DNA of 64,000 nt. Origin: Promethearchaeota archaeon. Lineage in GTDB: Archaea > Asgardarchaeota > Thorarchaeia > Thorarchaeales > Thorarchaeaceae. The notes below the pieces were generated by a model. That model saw nothing but the letters and a program-made list of their open reading frames with translations. It made no database searches and had not been told where the DNA came from. Both the position numbers and the translations under genes were made by a program. Below, piece after piece: positions 39,009-49,445 of this stretch (its first letter is position 1; each line of letters opens with the position of its first letter). The stretch spans positions 23,558-87,557 of the forward strand of contig WJMJ01000062.1 in assembly GCA_014728035.1 (NCBI GenBank), read 5' to 3'.

Positions 39009-40031
39009 CTAGATAGTACTACCACAGTTGGAGCAAATGAACTTACCTGCTGGAATTTCTTTTCCACATACACGACATGTACGCGATTTCTTAGATACCG
39101 CAATTTCGGTCTCATCGCCTTTTCGAGGTATCAAGATGAAGCGGTCATCTTCCCAACTTATCTTGAATTCTTCAGGATTTCCAGCTAACTCAAGTAAATC
39201 TGTTGGCATAGGTAATCGATAATTGTTATCTAGTTTGATGATACGAGTCGTATCCAACGTATCAAGATCGATACCCGTTTGGTGAAATCCAGATATGATT
39301 CCATCTCGAATCTCAACTGTTACATCTGCTTTTGATGCAACTTGTTGACTATGTGTGACAATAAAGAATGAAGTACCAAGAGTTTCGTTCAATTCTTTGA
39401 AAAGTTCAAGAATTCGTTCTGCTGTTTCAGGATCTAAGTCGCCTGTAGGCTCATCACAAAGGACCAGACCCTTGCTTTCTGTATCGATTAAATTCACAAG
39501 AGCACTAGCAATTGCGATTCTAGAACGTTCTCCACCACTGAGAGTTGTGACTTTGTTTCGTTTTCTCTCTTCCAGTCCAACAAGTTTGATAAGCCGATCA
39601 ACTCGTTCTTGTCGAACTTTTCTGGGCACCCCTGCTATCCGAGCAGCTAGTTCCACATTCTGCCACGCATTTAGGTGGGGAAGAAGATTAGCAACTTGAA
39701 AAATGAAACCAATGAAGTTTCTCCTAGCCTCAGTTAGAACACGTTCACTAATCTTAGTAATGTCTGATCGGAGATTAGCCCAGTAGACTTTTCCAACGGT
39801 TGCTTTTGTGATACCACCAATGATGTTTGTAAGTGTTGTTTTGCCTGAACCAGATGGGCCAACCACACACATGATTTTCCCTTCTTGAATTTGGATAGAT
39901 ACACCACTCAATGCAACCGTTTCCAGTTCAGCGGTCTTGTAGATCTTATAGACGTTATCACAACTGACTACAATATCATCAGCGTAATCAGAATATAGGT
40001 CTAGTTCATCACTTACGGTCATAGGAGGCAC
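39009..40031 (-). CDS. LolD/MacB-type ABC ATPase with C-terminal AbrB-like and Zn-ribbon extensions
   Basis: GPSGSGKT, LSGGE, CDEPT, VTH; LDNNYRLPMP; CRVC...CSNC. Confidence 0.9.
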   Translation of the reverse strand: MPPMTVSDELDLYSDYADDIVVSCDNVYKIYKTAELETVALSGVSIQIQEGKIMCVVGPSGSGKTTLTNIIGGITKATVGKVYWANLRSDITKISERVLTEARRNFIGFIFQVANLLPHLNAWQNVELAARIAGVPRKVRQERVDRLIKLVGLEERKRNKVTTLSGGERSRIAIASALVNLIDTESKGLVLCDEPTGDLDPETAERILELFKELNETLGTSFFIVTHSQQVASKADVTVEIRDGIISGFHQTGIDLDTLDTTRIIKLDNNYRLPMPTDLLELAGNPEEFKISWEDDRFILIPRKGDETEIAVSKKSRTCRVCGKEIPAGKFICSNCGSTI

Positions 40032-40136
40032 GATATTTCTTCCAGTGGATTCATCAGATAAGGGTTTTGAACTGCGCTAAAGATTGGCTTTGTAATAATG
40101 TAGTGAAAAACACAGCATGAAAGAAAAAGGATAGGT

Positions 40137-40161
40137 CTGAGAGGAGTAAGATTCCTCTCAG
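40137..40161 (-). terminator. Stem-loop between permease and downstream ATPase
   Basis: CTGAGAGGA-GTAAGAT-TCCTCTCAG; T-tract follows on the minus strand. Confidence 0.55.
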
Positions 40162-40171
40162 CACAAGTTAA

Positions 40172-43087
40172 CTAGAGATTTCGCAATGCTGTGGCAGGAT
40201 TGACTTGTCCGGCTCTACGAGCTGGTATGTAACAACTAGCAATCATGACGAAACTTTCCAAAGATAATGTTACAATCATCATGCTTAGAGGGAATGAAAG
40301 TACTTCTCCAAGGATTGGTGAGAATGGAGATACTCCTAGAGTCAGAATAGCCATCACATATCCGAAAACCAAACCAAGAATTGCACTAATGGCAATAGCT
40401 GCAATCACGATACCAGAGAACTCTCCAAAGACCATTGATACAACCTGTCCTTTTGTTCCACCAAGTGACCGGAAGAGTGCATACTCAGATTTACGTTCAA
40501 GAACAGCTGATCCCAGAAATAGTGCAATTGATGCCAATCCCATAATAGCACACATTATAAAGGATACAACAGTTAAACCTTGGATTCCTGATAGAAACAG
40601 CTGAATCGAATACGATTCAGATTTGATATCAAATGTTTGTGGAGTATATACCTTCGTGTTTCTTTCCAGTTCTAATGTATTGATGAGAGGTGTAATATCT
40701 GAAAAGCAAGAAACATCTGCTAGAAAAGTTTCTGCTTCAACAAATCCAGCACTCTCTGATATGAATTCCAAATTAGTTAGGACAAATCCACCAGCACCTG
40801 CTTGGAAACCAAACTGGGAGCCAAAACTGGGTGCAACCAGTTCTTCTGTTGCAGCAATACCAAAACCTGGAGCACTTTTTAGTAGCCCTACTATTTCAAA
40901 ATGGAAATATCTAGATTCTTCATCATCAAATGAGCCATAATAAACCGCAACAGTCTGTCCAATGGTCTTATTCCAGTTTATTGCATGATACTCACTTATG
41001 ACAATACCATATTTGTTATCATCAAGTGCCTGAAGTACCTCTTCAGGGGTACCACTAACAAAGGAGTCTTCTTTGAAATGAGCTACCCGTAAATATGCCA
41101 GAGGATCGACCGATTCCATGAAAAGCATCTGCGAACCAACCGTAGCCCATGTTTCAACCAATGGAGTAGCTTCAATAACGCCAGGGTAGTGTAGGAGTGT
41201 TTCATTGAAGGAAAACGGCTTGGATGCAGTTTCAATTCGTATATCAGCTCCAAGTGAATAATCCAATTCATTCTGCAAGGTCGTTTCAAAAGTAGATACT
41301 TGAATTAGCATCATAGTTGTAGTGGTTAACGTCAGAGTGAGAATCACCAATAAAGGTATGAATTGACCTTTTCGCTTCCTCAAGCTTTGTGCCATGTATA
41401 GACTCTTTTCACCTAGAACGAAGCTTGTCCCACGAGAAACCCTTGCTGTAATTAGCCGCATTGCTCTAGAACCGAGATACGCCGCTGCGAATAGGACAAG
41501 TGTAGCTATTAAAATCTCTAATAGTGCGAAAACACCCAAGGGTGCAATAATCTCTGGAATAATAACAAGACTAGCAAGTAAAAGAGCTAGACCACCTGTG
41601 TATTTCCATGCACTGATATCTTCTGCACCTTCTTCTGCATCAACACCAGCAGGCTGACCAACCTCAGATACATCAATCCGGCGTGCAACGTGTAAAAGAT
41701 ATGCGGAGGGTAAATACATAGCTATTGCTCCAGCTATTACCAATGCAACGGGACTGATGGTAAGATTGGAGGAAAATGTCATGTATAATGAAACATCAAA
41801 GACGAATAGACCTGTTGATGACCCAATCAGAGGTGCCATTATAACTGAAAGTCCTAGAGCTATTACAAATCCAATGATACAAAGAAACAAGGACTCGTAC
41901 ATAAATGTGGAAAAGACTTGATTAAATGATGCGCCTTTGGCACGTAATGCACTAATCTCCACTTTCCGTCTTGATACGGAAGTTTCAGAAGTGAATAAGG
42001 TCAGCATCAAACTCATAATCATAATTGGAAATACAATAACCGAAAGAACACGACTTGCGATAAATGTGTTAATGGTGTTCTCTAACTCCCATATGGCCCC
42101 CAAGCCATCACAATCGACATCAGGAAATTGTTCCTGGAGACTCTCTTGAAATGACTCAAGATTTGTTACCAATCTATCTGTGCCCATTGTGATAAGAGTT
42201 GAAATCGATGCGCGCATGAATAGATAGCCACCGAATCCATGAACTACTAACTCATTCATATCACCCTCCGGTAATGCATCTTCATTAATTATCACTGAAT
42301 CTGAAAGGCCCAAAACTGGATCGGGAAAGCCAAATGGATCCCAATTTCTTCGCATTATATTTGGGAAAACTTGAGCAGCGATAGAGGACAAGCTCTTGGG
42401 TGTGTAAACGCCAACTACTGTAAGATTTCCAAGCGATCTCACATTTAGTTGAGTTTTGCTCCACACCTCACCCGCACCCGGAATTCGTTTAATTACGTCC
42501 AAAGAGATTTTACTACCAACCTCAATTGTTAGTCCATGAACTTGACGAGTATACTCACAAAACTGCTCTGAAACCAAAATTTCGTCAACAGATAAATCTG
42601 AAAAGTTGCCTTCAGTGATGAACTCCCGGGACCAGATGTCAATGAAATCATTTTCTGCGACTATCACCCGCATATCTTTTAGGCCAGCAAGATAGTTAGT
42701 ATTGGTTATAGCGTATGATGAATAATCCGGTAGTTCTTCACCGGTTAGTATACCAATCGTGGTCCCAACCCTTGATGAATGTTCCAGAACATTGACTGAT
42801 TCTGTGTATTCCTGTACCTGTGGCATGTCAGCTGTGAAATAGGAATTATGACCAGCTGGGTAAGCCACATACTGGAAAGCGACCTCATCAAAGTAATCTT
42901 CAATAACAATACGAGTACCAGTGTCACTCCAAATAAACACAGTCGTTGGTAAAGCAATTCCAATAGCAAGAATAATCGCAATACCCGCATTTCGTACTGG
43001 ATAATTCTTTAGGGAGCTAAGTGCATACCCTAAAGACCACCAACGATTTCCTTTCAGCATCTTAGGTTGCTTTGTCAATGATATCAA
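40172..43087 (-). CDS. FtsX/MacB-like ABC permease (two FtsX modules)
   Basis: RRKVEISALRAKGAS; ERKSEYALFRSLGG; C-terminal PARRA...ALR. Confidence 0.9.
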   Translation of the reverse strand: MISLTKQPKMLKGNRWWSLGYALSSLKNYPVRNAGIAIILAIGIALPTTVFIWSDTGTRIVIEDYFDEVAFQYVAYPAGHNSYFTADMPQVQEYTESVNVLEHSSRVGTTIGILTGEELPDYSSYAITNTNYLAGLKDMRVIVAENDFIDIWSREFITEGNFSDLSVDEILVSEQFCEYTRQVHGLTIEVGSKISLDVIKRIPGAGEVWSKTQLNVRSLGNLTVVGVYTPKSLSSIAAQVFPNIMRRNWDPFGFPDPVLGLSDSVIINEDALPEGDMNELVVHGFGGYLFMRASISTLITMGTDRLVTNLESFQESLQEQFPDVDCDGLGAIWELENTINTFIASRVLSVIVFPIMIMSLMLTLFTSETSVSRRKVEISALRAKGASFNQVFSTFMYESLFLCIIGFVIALGLSVIMAPLIGSSTGLFVFDVSLYMTFSSNLTISPVALVIAGAIAMYLPSAYLLHVARRIDVSEVGQPAGVDAEEGAEDISAWKYTGGLALLLASLVIIPEIIAPLGVFALLEILIATLVLFAAAYLGSRAMRLITARVSRGTSFVLGEKSLYMAQSLRKRKGQFIPLLVILTLTLTTTTMMLIQVSTFETTLQNELDYSLGADIRIETASKPFSFNETLLHYPGVIEATPLVETWATVGSQMLFMESVDPLAYLRVAHFKEDSFVSGTPEEVLQALDDNKYGIVISEYHAINWNKTIGQTVAVYYGSFDDEESRYFHFEIVGLLKSAPGFGIAATEELVAPSFGSQFGFQAGAGGFVLTNLEFISESAGFVEAETFLADVSCFSDITPLINTLELERNTKVYTPQTFDIKSESYSIQLFLSGIQGLTVVSFIMCAIMGLASIALFLGSAVLERKSEYALFRSLGGTKGQVVSMVFGEFSGIVIAAIAISAILGLVFGYVMAILTLGVSPFSPILGEVLSFPLSMMIVTLSLESFVMIASCYIPARRAGQVNPATALRNL

Positions 43088-43091
43088 TTCC

Positions 43092-45989
43092 TCACAGATT
43101 TCTTAGTACTATAGCAGGATCAGTCTTTGATGCTTCTCTAGCAGGCCAATATGACCCGAGTATCATCATGAATACCTCCAGCAGGAGAACTCCTGTTAGA
43201 AAACCAACTGGAAATACAATTAATGCTTGAAGAGTTCTTGCGAATGGGCTCATAGTGAAAATGACTACACTCTGTACAAACCCAAATATTGTTCCAAGAA
43301 TTAGACTAAGAGTTAGCGCTGCAAGCACTACTCCAGTAAATTCAGAAAGGACCAATTTCACAATCTGTTGTTTAGACCCACCAACTGCGCGAAGAATTGC
43401 ATAATCGCGTTTTCGTTCTCGTACAATGGAGCCCAAAAATAATGTTAGAGCAAACATACTGAGTAGAAGAGACATTGCAAAGCCAATTGAAAATAATCCC
43501 TGAACAGTACTTAAGAAAAGTGCAGTTCCAAAAGAGGTGCTCTCTAAATCAAAACTGTCTGGAGTAGTTGCAGTAACTCCTGGAAGGTCATTCAAAGCTC
43601 GTAGCACCAAATCTTCATCAGTTACACAGACGAGATCTGCAAGGAATAGTGTTGCAACAGTCATATCCGTTACACTGGATACGAATTCCAGATTTGTTAA
43701 TGCAAATCCCGCAAGACCTGTTTGATAACCAAATCCAGGACCAAGACGTGATGGTGGAATATATTCAGCTGCAGCATATCCAAAAGCTGGAGCACTATAC
43801 ACAAGAGCTACAATCTCAAATGTCACATCCATATCATCACCACGAGTGTTTACTTCCATGGTGATACTATCTCCAACTGTTTTGTTCCATCTTTCTGCAT
43901 GATAACGACTCAAAATGATTCCATTTTCAACAGATGCAAGTTTGGACAATGCAGTGGAATATGTTTCACCTTCAAAACTGGTATCGTCAAAGTCACCAAT
44001 TAGCGAATACTCTATGGCATCCACAGCCGTCAAAGTTATTCGTTCAACACCAAGGGAAGATGAAGTTCTGAGAACAGGAGTAGCTCGATTAACACCAGGA
44101 TATTCTTCAAGAGTGTCATTAAATGCAAAACCTCTGGATGTACAATCGACACGCAAATCTGCACCTATTGCATACGAAATTTCCATATTCAAATCCGCTT
44201 GAAAACTCTCCGCTTGTACAGTAAAAGCGATTGTTGAAGACATAGTAAGAGCTAAAACTACCATGAGTGGGACGATTCTTCCTCTGCGCATACGAAGATT
44301 ACCAGCAGCAACCAGATTCTTCTCACCTAGTATAAACGAGAGTTTTTGAGTCACCCGAGCAAACCCTAGACGGGAAATCCTCGACCCATTATAAGCCATG
44401 AAGAACCATGAAGCTGTTCCAAGACCCAGCTCCAAAAGTAACATGATTGGATCTGCAGGAAAGAAAATAACTGCACCTAGAACCATTGAAAGTAGCACTA
44501 CGGACATGCCAATGGTAAACCCATAAGCTTGCTTCCCCTCACTTAGAGCTTCACTAGACTCGACAAGCCCAGAACCAATCTCAGTTTTAGAAGTGCTACG
44601 GGCAGTATTCAAGATAAATAATAGAGGGGGTAATATACAAAATAGAAAAACATACACAATAGTTTCAGGTCTAACTACAGAAGCGTAGAGAAATGATAGG
44701 TATGCAGACCAATCAAATATCATAAAAGATACTACAGATGGAATCAATGCTGAGAAAGCAATACTTAGCAGAATACCAAAGAACAAACTTATGCTTGCAA
44801 TGACTATTGATTCTGAGAAGAAAATCCAGTATATTTGATTAGAGCTAGCTCCTTTTGCTCGAAGAGCGCTCACCTCTACTTTTCTCGTGGCCATAAATGT
44901 ATCTGCAGCAAATACTGAAAGAAAAAGTGCAAGTATGAAAATTGGAAGATTCAGTAAGGCCAAAGGCATAGTTTCAGTGTATGTGTCAACAATGCTTTGA
45001 AGATACATAACCTCATCTAAACCCTCCACTTCAACATCATATAATTCACTAATCCGATCCTTCAACGTCAAGAGATTATCCGCAATATTGTCAACACCTG
45101 AATTTACCAGTGCTGTTGAAGAAGCTCGAAGAAATGAGCGAGCGGGGAAGAACCCACTACTAGGAAGTGGTGCGGTATTAATTGCGCTAGAAAGTATCAA
45201 AACACTATCCCGAATACCCAAAACTGGTGTATCGAGATTATATTGTTTGTAGTTTGAGCGAAGGATTGAGGGGAACGCAGCTTCAATAATAGAGTCATAC
45301 CCCATTATCTCATAAATACCCACAACTCGAAGTGTTGTCAGACTAACTCGATCAAGAGTTGATATAGGAGCTACTGATGTTGTTCTTCTGGTCAATAGTT
45401 CGATATCAATGGTTGAATTAATTGTAACACTGAATCCATAGACTTCGTAGAAAGACTCAACAAATAACTGTGAAACAACTATCTCTCCCGCTTCGAGGGC
45501 AAACCTGCCTTCGATTTCAAACTCGGACTCGACAATATTCAGAAATTCGTTATTTACGAATATTACTTGACAATCTTTTATTCCGTCTGAATATATTGCT
45601 TTTTCCAGTCCATACGACGTTGTCCCTGGTAAATTAGTTCCATAGACTAAACCTACAGTTGAGTTAACACGATATGCAGAATCAACAAACTCGCTAGTTT
45701 TGGCATACTCTTCTGCATTTCCAATTGCTTGAGTTTCACCTACATCACCAGAAACCATAAGCTGAAAAGAATTGTCATCAAAATACCCATCAACACTAAC
45801 TGTAACTCCAGTATCAGCCCAGATCAATACAGACCCAATAAGAGAAACTCCCAAACTTAGCGTTAATGCAAGACTTAAAGCTCTGAATGGGTAAGAACGC
45901 ATCGCACTTAGAGCATACGAAAATGGATAGAGCCTACTTCCTTTTCGAAACGAAAACCCATTTGTCTTGCCTTTTGCCAAATAGTTCAC
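43092..45989 (-). CDS. FtsX/MacB-like ABC permease (paralogue)
   Basis: RKVEVSALRAKGAS; ERKRDYAILRAVGG. Confidence 0.9.
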   Translation of the reverse strand: MNYLAKGKTNGFSFRKGSRLYPFSYALSAMRSYPFRALSLALTLSLGVSLIGSVLIWADTGVTVSVDGYFDDNSFQLMVSGDVGETQAIGNAEEYAKTSEFVDSAYRVNSTVGLVYGTNLPGTTSYGLEKAIYSDGIKDCQVIFVNNEFLNIVESEFEIEGRFALEAGEIVVSQLFVESFYEVYGFSVTINSTIDIELLTRRTTSVAPISTLDRVSLTTLRVVGIYEIMGYDSIIEAAFPSILRSNYKQYNLDTPVLGIRDSVLILSSAINTAPLPSSGFFPARSFLRASSTALVNSGVDNIADNLLTLKDRISELYDVEVEGLDEVMYLQSIVDTYTETMPLALLNLPIFILALFLSVFAADTFMATRKVEVSALRAKGASSNQIYWIFFSESIVIASISLFFGILLSIAFSALIPSVVSFMIFDWSAYLSFLYASVVRPETIVYVFLFCILPPLLFILNTARSTSKTEIGSGLVESSEALSEGKQAYGFTIGMSVVLLSMVLGAVIFFPADPIMLLLELGLGTASWFFMAYNGSRISRLGFARVTQKLSFILGEKNLVAAGNLRMRRGRIVPLMVVLALTMSSTIAFTVQAESFQADLNMEISYAIGADLRVDCTSRGFAFNDTLEEYPGVNRATPVLRTSSSLGVERITLTAVDAIEYSLIGDFDDTSFEGETYSTALSKLASVENGIILSRYHAERWNKTVGDSITMEVNTRGDDMDVTFEIVALVYSAPAFGYAAAEYIPPSRLGPGFGYQTGLAGFALTNLEFVSSVTDMTVATLFLADLVCVTDEDLVLRALNDLPGVTATTPDSFDLESTSFGTALFLSTVQGLFSIGFAMSLLLSMFALTLFLGSIVRERKRDYAILRAVGGSKQQIVKLVLSEFTGVVLAALTLSLILGTIFGFVQSVVIFTMSPFARTLQALIVFPVGFLTGVLLLEVFMMILGSYWPAREASKTDPAIVLRNL

Positions 45990-46762
45990 CCCTGAGTTGT
46001 TGCATCTACAGAAGGTTCATCATCCTTAGGAGTAGTTACATCAACACCACTATGTTTGAAGAAAGCAGATACTAACTCTTCAACTAACACACCATCACGG
46101 AGAAGCATGATCTTGTCTGCCATCCTTGCCACTTCGGGGTCATGTGTCACTACAATAACTGCACGACCCTCTTTCTTTGCAAGATCCCTCATTAGCTTGA
46201 TTATTTCGCCACCCGTTTTATGGTCCAAATCACCCGTAGGTTCATCACACAACAAAATTACTGGATCGTTTGCTAATGCACGGGCCAGAGCCACTCGTGA
46301 ACGCATACCTCCAGACAATTCGTGTGGCATGTGATGTGCTCGATGGTCAACTGAAACAGCCTCAAGAAGCTTCATAGATTTGGCAATTCGTTTCTCCTGT
46401 CGAATCTCATCAAGTAGCATTGGAACCATTACGTTTTCTAATGCTGTGAAAATTGGCAAAAGGTGTTGATCTTGAAATAACACACCAATTTTATGGCGGC
46501 GCATTTCAGACATTTCATCATCATTCAGTGTAGTGATATCTACGCCATCAACAAATATTGTTCCGCCAGTAGGTCTATCAAGTCCACCTATTAGATTTAG
46601 CAAAGTAGTTTTCCCTGAACCCGATGCACCCACAATAGCAACAAAGTCACCTTTGCGGACAGTCAGATTTGTGCCTCTAAGCACTTTGATAATTCGAGTT
46701 CCGTCTTGGAATTCACGGAAGACCTCCATGCATTCTACAGCGATGTCGTTGTCTGGTGTCAA
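45986..46762 (-). CDS. LolD/MacB-type ABC ATPase
   Basis: GASGSGKT, LSGG, CDEPTG, VTHD. Confidence 0.93.
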   Translation of the reverse strand: MTPDNDIAVECMEVFREFQDGTRIIKVLRGTNLTVRKGDFVAIVGASGSGKTTLLNLIGGLDRPTGGTIFVDGVDITTLNDDEMSEMRRHKIGVLFQDQHLLPIFTALENVMVPMLLDEIRQEKRIAKSMKLLEAVSVDHRAHHMPHELSGGMRSRVALARALANDPVILLCDEPTGDLDHKTGGEIIKLMRDLAKKEGRAVIVVTHDPEVARMADKIMLLRDGVLVEELVSAFFKHSGVDVTTPKDDEPSVDATTQG

Positions 46763-46904
46763 GTGTGGTCTCTCCAGGGGAGATAGATTTCTATCATTCA
46801 GTTTTTAGCGTTGCGTCTAAAGCAACAAATCCCCAGCAGTATGAATACCTAAAAAAGGGAACTATCTAGGTAGATATCTACAAGGTTCGTCAAAGGGATA
46901 TAGC

Positions 46905-47390
46905 ATGAAGGTCTTTGCAATTTCAGGATGGTCTCAAACTGGAAAAACCACCCTCGCAAAGAAAATAATCAAGAGCCTTATTGAAAAGGGATTTGAAGTT
47001 GCTAGCTTGAAAAGTACCCATAAGAATCTAGAAGACGATATTGAATCCGACACATACCATCATCAAATAGCAGGTGCAAATCCAACAATCCTAAGAGGGA
47101 AAGATCATTCTATACTAAGATACAAAGGGAAGATAAGTTTAAAGACAATCTCTGAACTAGATGTAGATTTTTTGATTGTTGAAGGATTGAAACAGAGTAA
47201 AATCCCAAAAATTTGGTGCAGTAAAAGTGACGACGATTCATGGATAGAGTTTCCCGAAGTAAGAGCAATAGTCATTAGAAGAGCTACAAGAACTGAAACA
47301 CAGAAGAGAATACCAATTCTAACACCTAATGATACTGAACAACTGGTTTCAATTATTATTCAAAACGCTGAAGATATCCAGAATTTCTGA
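46905..47390 (+). CDS. mobB: Molybdopterin-guanine dinucleotide biosynthesis protein B
   Basis: GWSQTGKTT, KSTH, D...AGA, IVEGLK. Confidence 0.85.
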   Translation: MKVFAISGWSQTGKTTLAKKIIKSLIEKGFEVASLKSTHKNLEDDIESDTYHHQIAGANPTILRGKDHSILRYKGKISLKTISELDVDFLIVEGLKQSKIPKIWCSKSDDDSWIEFPEVRAIVIRRATRTETQKRIPILTPNDTEQLVSIIIQNAEDIQNF

Positions 47391-47450
47391 GTGGAGAGAA
47401 GATATGGCGTAATCCGTAACTTATAACTGTGGAACGGCTCTCGAAAATGT

Positions 47451-49445
47451 ATGACCCGAGACCAGATTTTCCGATATACAGCAATTTTTGCCGTAATGGT
47501 TCTAGTATTTAGTCCGGTTCTTGCTGCAGACGTTCAAATCCAGAACACATCAATATCACTAAATACACAAAGCAATATCCCAAGTTCTACGTTTGACATA
47601 ACTTCCACATGGGATTCATTATTTGGTGGTGTATCGAGTAGTTGGATGCAGAACTTCGTGCAGGAAATGTCTGAAAACTTCCCTCATCGAACATGGTATA
47701 CTTTAGATAAAGCACCATCCCCTAATTTGGAAGGAGCTTGGGGACTGGCAAATACAACACTAAAAGCTGAAACTAATAACGAGCTAAGCTTCAAAATAAT
47801 GACTCCATTTTTGAATCTGGTCGCAATCAAAAACGGTACCGAGTCAAATATAGCTCCAATTATTGTTGCAGGAACGATTGGTAGTCGTTATAGTCCAGCA
47901 GCAAATGCTTATGCTGCTTCCGTAGCTGGGGTTTTACATGTGGCATCGATATTGAAGAATGTCAACCTTACGAATGATGTCTATTTCGTTCTTGTTAATA
48001 CATATCAATCATATCATACCATAGATGATACAAATCCAGGTATGGAAGCCCTGATAGAACTCCTATTAGAGCAAGGTCGACGGCCTGCAGCTTTATTATG
48101 GTTTGACCACATCCTCTTTGAAAGTGATTACTCCAATGGAGAAAAGCTAGCAGTTCAATATGGAATGGGGGACGAGGTTCTAGATGGTAGTAAATACCTT
48201 GCATTTCTCTCCACCCAAATATCGGAACTTTCTGGTAATAATCGTGCAATAATCAAGACAAGTACAAACGATTACTGGGATGAGTCTGGTGCAGCTGAAG
48301 CAGTTACATTTGGAATTCCCTCCATTTTGTTTTCACAATACTATATAGATTACGTATCAGCTTCAGATGATGATGTATACAATTATTCAAACTACACCTA
48401 TGCTATGTTAAGGGAAGCTGCGGGAGTTGCTTCATGTATTATTTCATATCTGGGACACATCAATCAAGGGAATACTCCATTAATTCAAGACAGTGTGTTA
48501 ATTCCTGCAGGAGAGGCGAGAAACATCAAACTATATCTAACAGGCATATCAAGTTTCAATGCAAGTCTTTCGTGGAGTGACAGCACAACAATAGTAGTGA
48601 ATATAAGAAATAGATTCAATGTCGTGGTTCTCACAAATTCAAGCAGTAACAACTTGCTATTCTTGAATTATTCAAATACGTGGACAAGAGAGCATACATT
48701 ACGTATTCGAAATACGGGGACTAATAGTACAACTGTACAATATAATTACACTCATTTCTATGATTTTGATCAAGACGGCCTTACCGACAATATTGAACCA
48801 ATCTATGGTACAGATGCAATAAATAGCGATTCGGACTTTGATTTAGCAGATGACTATTCAGAAGTTATGGTATACGGTTCAGATCCGCTTATTCGCGACA
48901 CCGATTCAGACGGTGCAATTGATGGCATTGAAATCATGCTTGGGTCAGATCCGACTGTGGTAGATACTGACGGTGATACTCTAAGTGATGGATTCGAAAT
49001 TGATGCGGGTTATTCACCATCATCGAATGATACAGACGAGGATAATATTGCTGATAATATTGAGTTAGAGCTAGGGCTCAATCCTCTCTCCAATGATACA
49101 GACCAAGATGGTTTACTTGACTATCAAGAACTTGTTGCGGGAACCGATGGAACTTCACCGGATTCGGATGGTGATGGTCTCTCAGATTTGTTTGAGCTGC
49201 TTAATTACATGAATCCACTCTCACAAGATTCTGATCAAGATGGCTTATCAGATGCATATGAAATTGAACATTGTCTTATGCCAAATAATGCAGACACTGA
49301 TTCAGACTCAATTCCAGACAATATTGATTGGGCACCAAGGGAACATTGGATAAACATTGTACCAGTGGTATCATTTGGTGTGTTCCTACTTGTAATGTGT
49401 ATATGGTTATTGATGAAGAAAAGAACGTACTCTAGGGGTGTGTAG
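47451..49445 (+). CDS. Cell-surface protein: signal, degenerate M28 peptidase-like domain, beta domain, TSP3-like Ca-binding repeats, C-terminal TM
   Basis: Repeated DxDxDGLxDxxE; NLVAIKNG...IIVAG; TM followed by KKR. Confidence 0.8.
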   Translation: MTRDQIFRYTAIFAVMVLVFSPVLAADVQIQNTSISLNTQSNIPSSTFDITSTWDSLFGGVSSSWMQNFVQEMSENFPHRTWYTLDKAPSPNLEGAWGLANTTLKAETNNELSFKIMTPFLNLVAIKNGTESNIAPIIVAGTIGSRYSPAANAYAASVAGVLHVASILKNVNLTNDVYFVLVNTYQSYHTIDDTNPGMEALIELLLEQGRRPAALLWFDHILFESDYSNGEKLAVQYGMGDEVLDGSKYLAFLSTQISELSGNNRAIIKTSTNDYWDESGAAEAVTFGIPSILFSQYYIDYVSASDDDVYNYSNYTYAMLREAAGVASCIISYLGHINQGNTPLIQDSVLIPAGEARNIKLYLTGISSFNASLSWSDSTTIVVNIRNRFNVVVLTNSSSNNLLFLNYSNTWTREHTLRIRNTGTNSTTVQYNYTHFYDFDQDGLTDNIEPIYGTDAINSDSDFDLADDYSEVMVYGSDPLIRDTDSDGAIDGIEIMLGSDPTVVDTDGDTLSDGFEIDAGYSPSSNDTDEDNIADNIELELGLNPLSNDTDQDGLLDYQELVAGTDGTSPDSDGDGLSDLFELLNYMNPLSQDSDQDGLSDAYEIEHCLMPNNADTDSDSIPDNIDWAPREHWINIVPVVSFGVFLLVMCIWLLMKKRTYSRGV

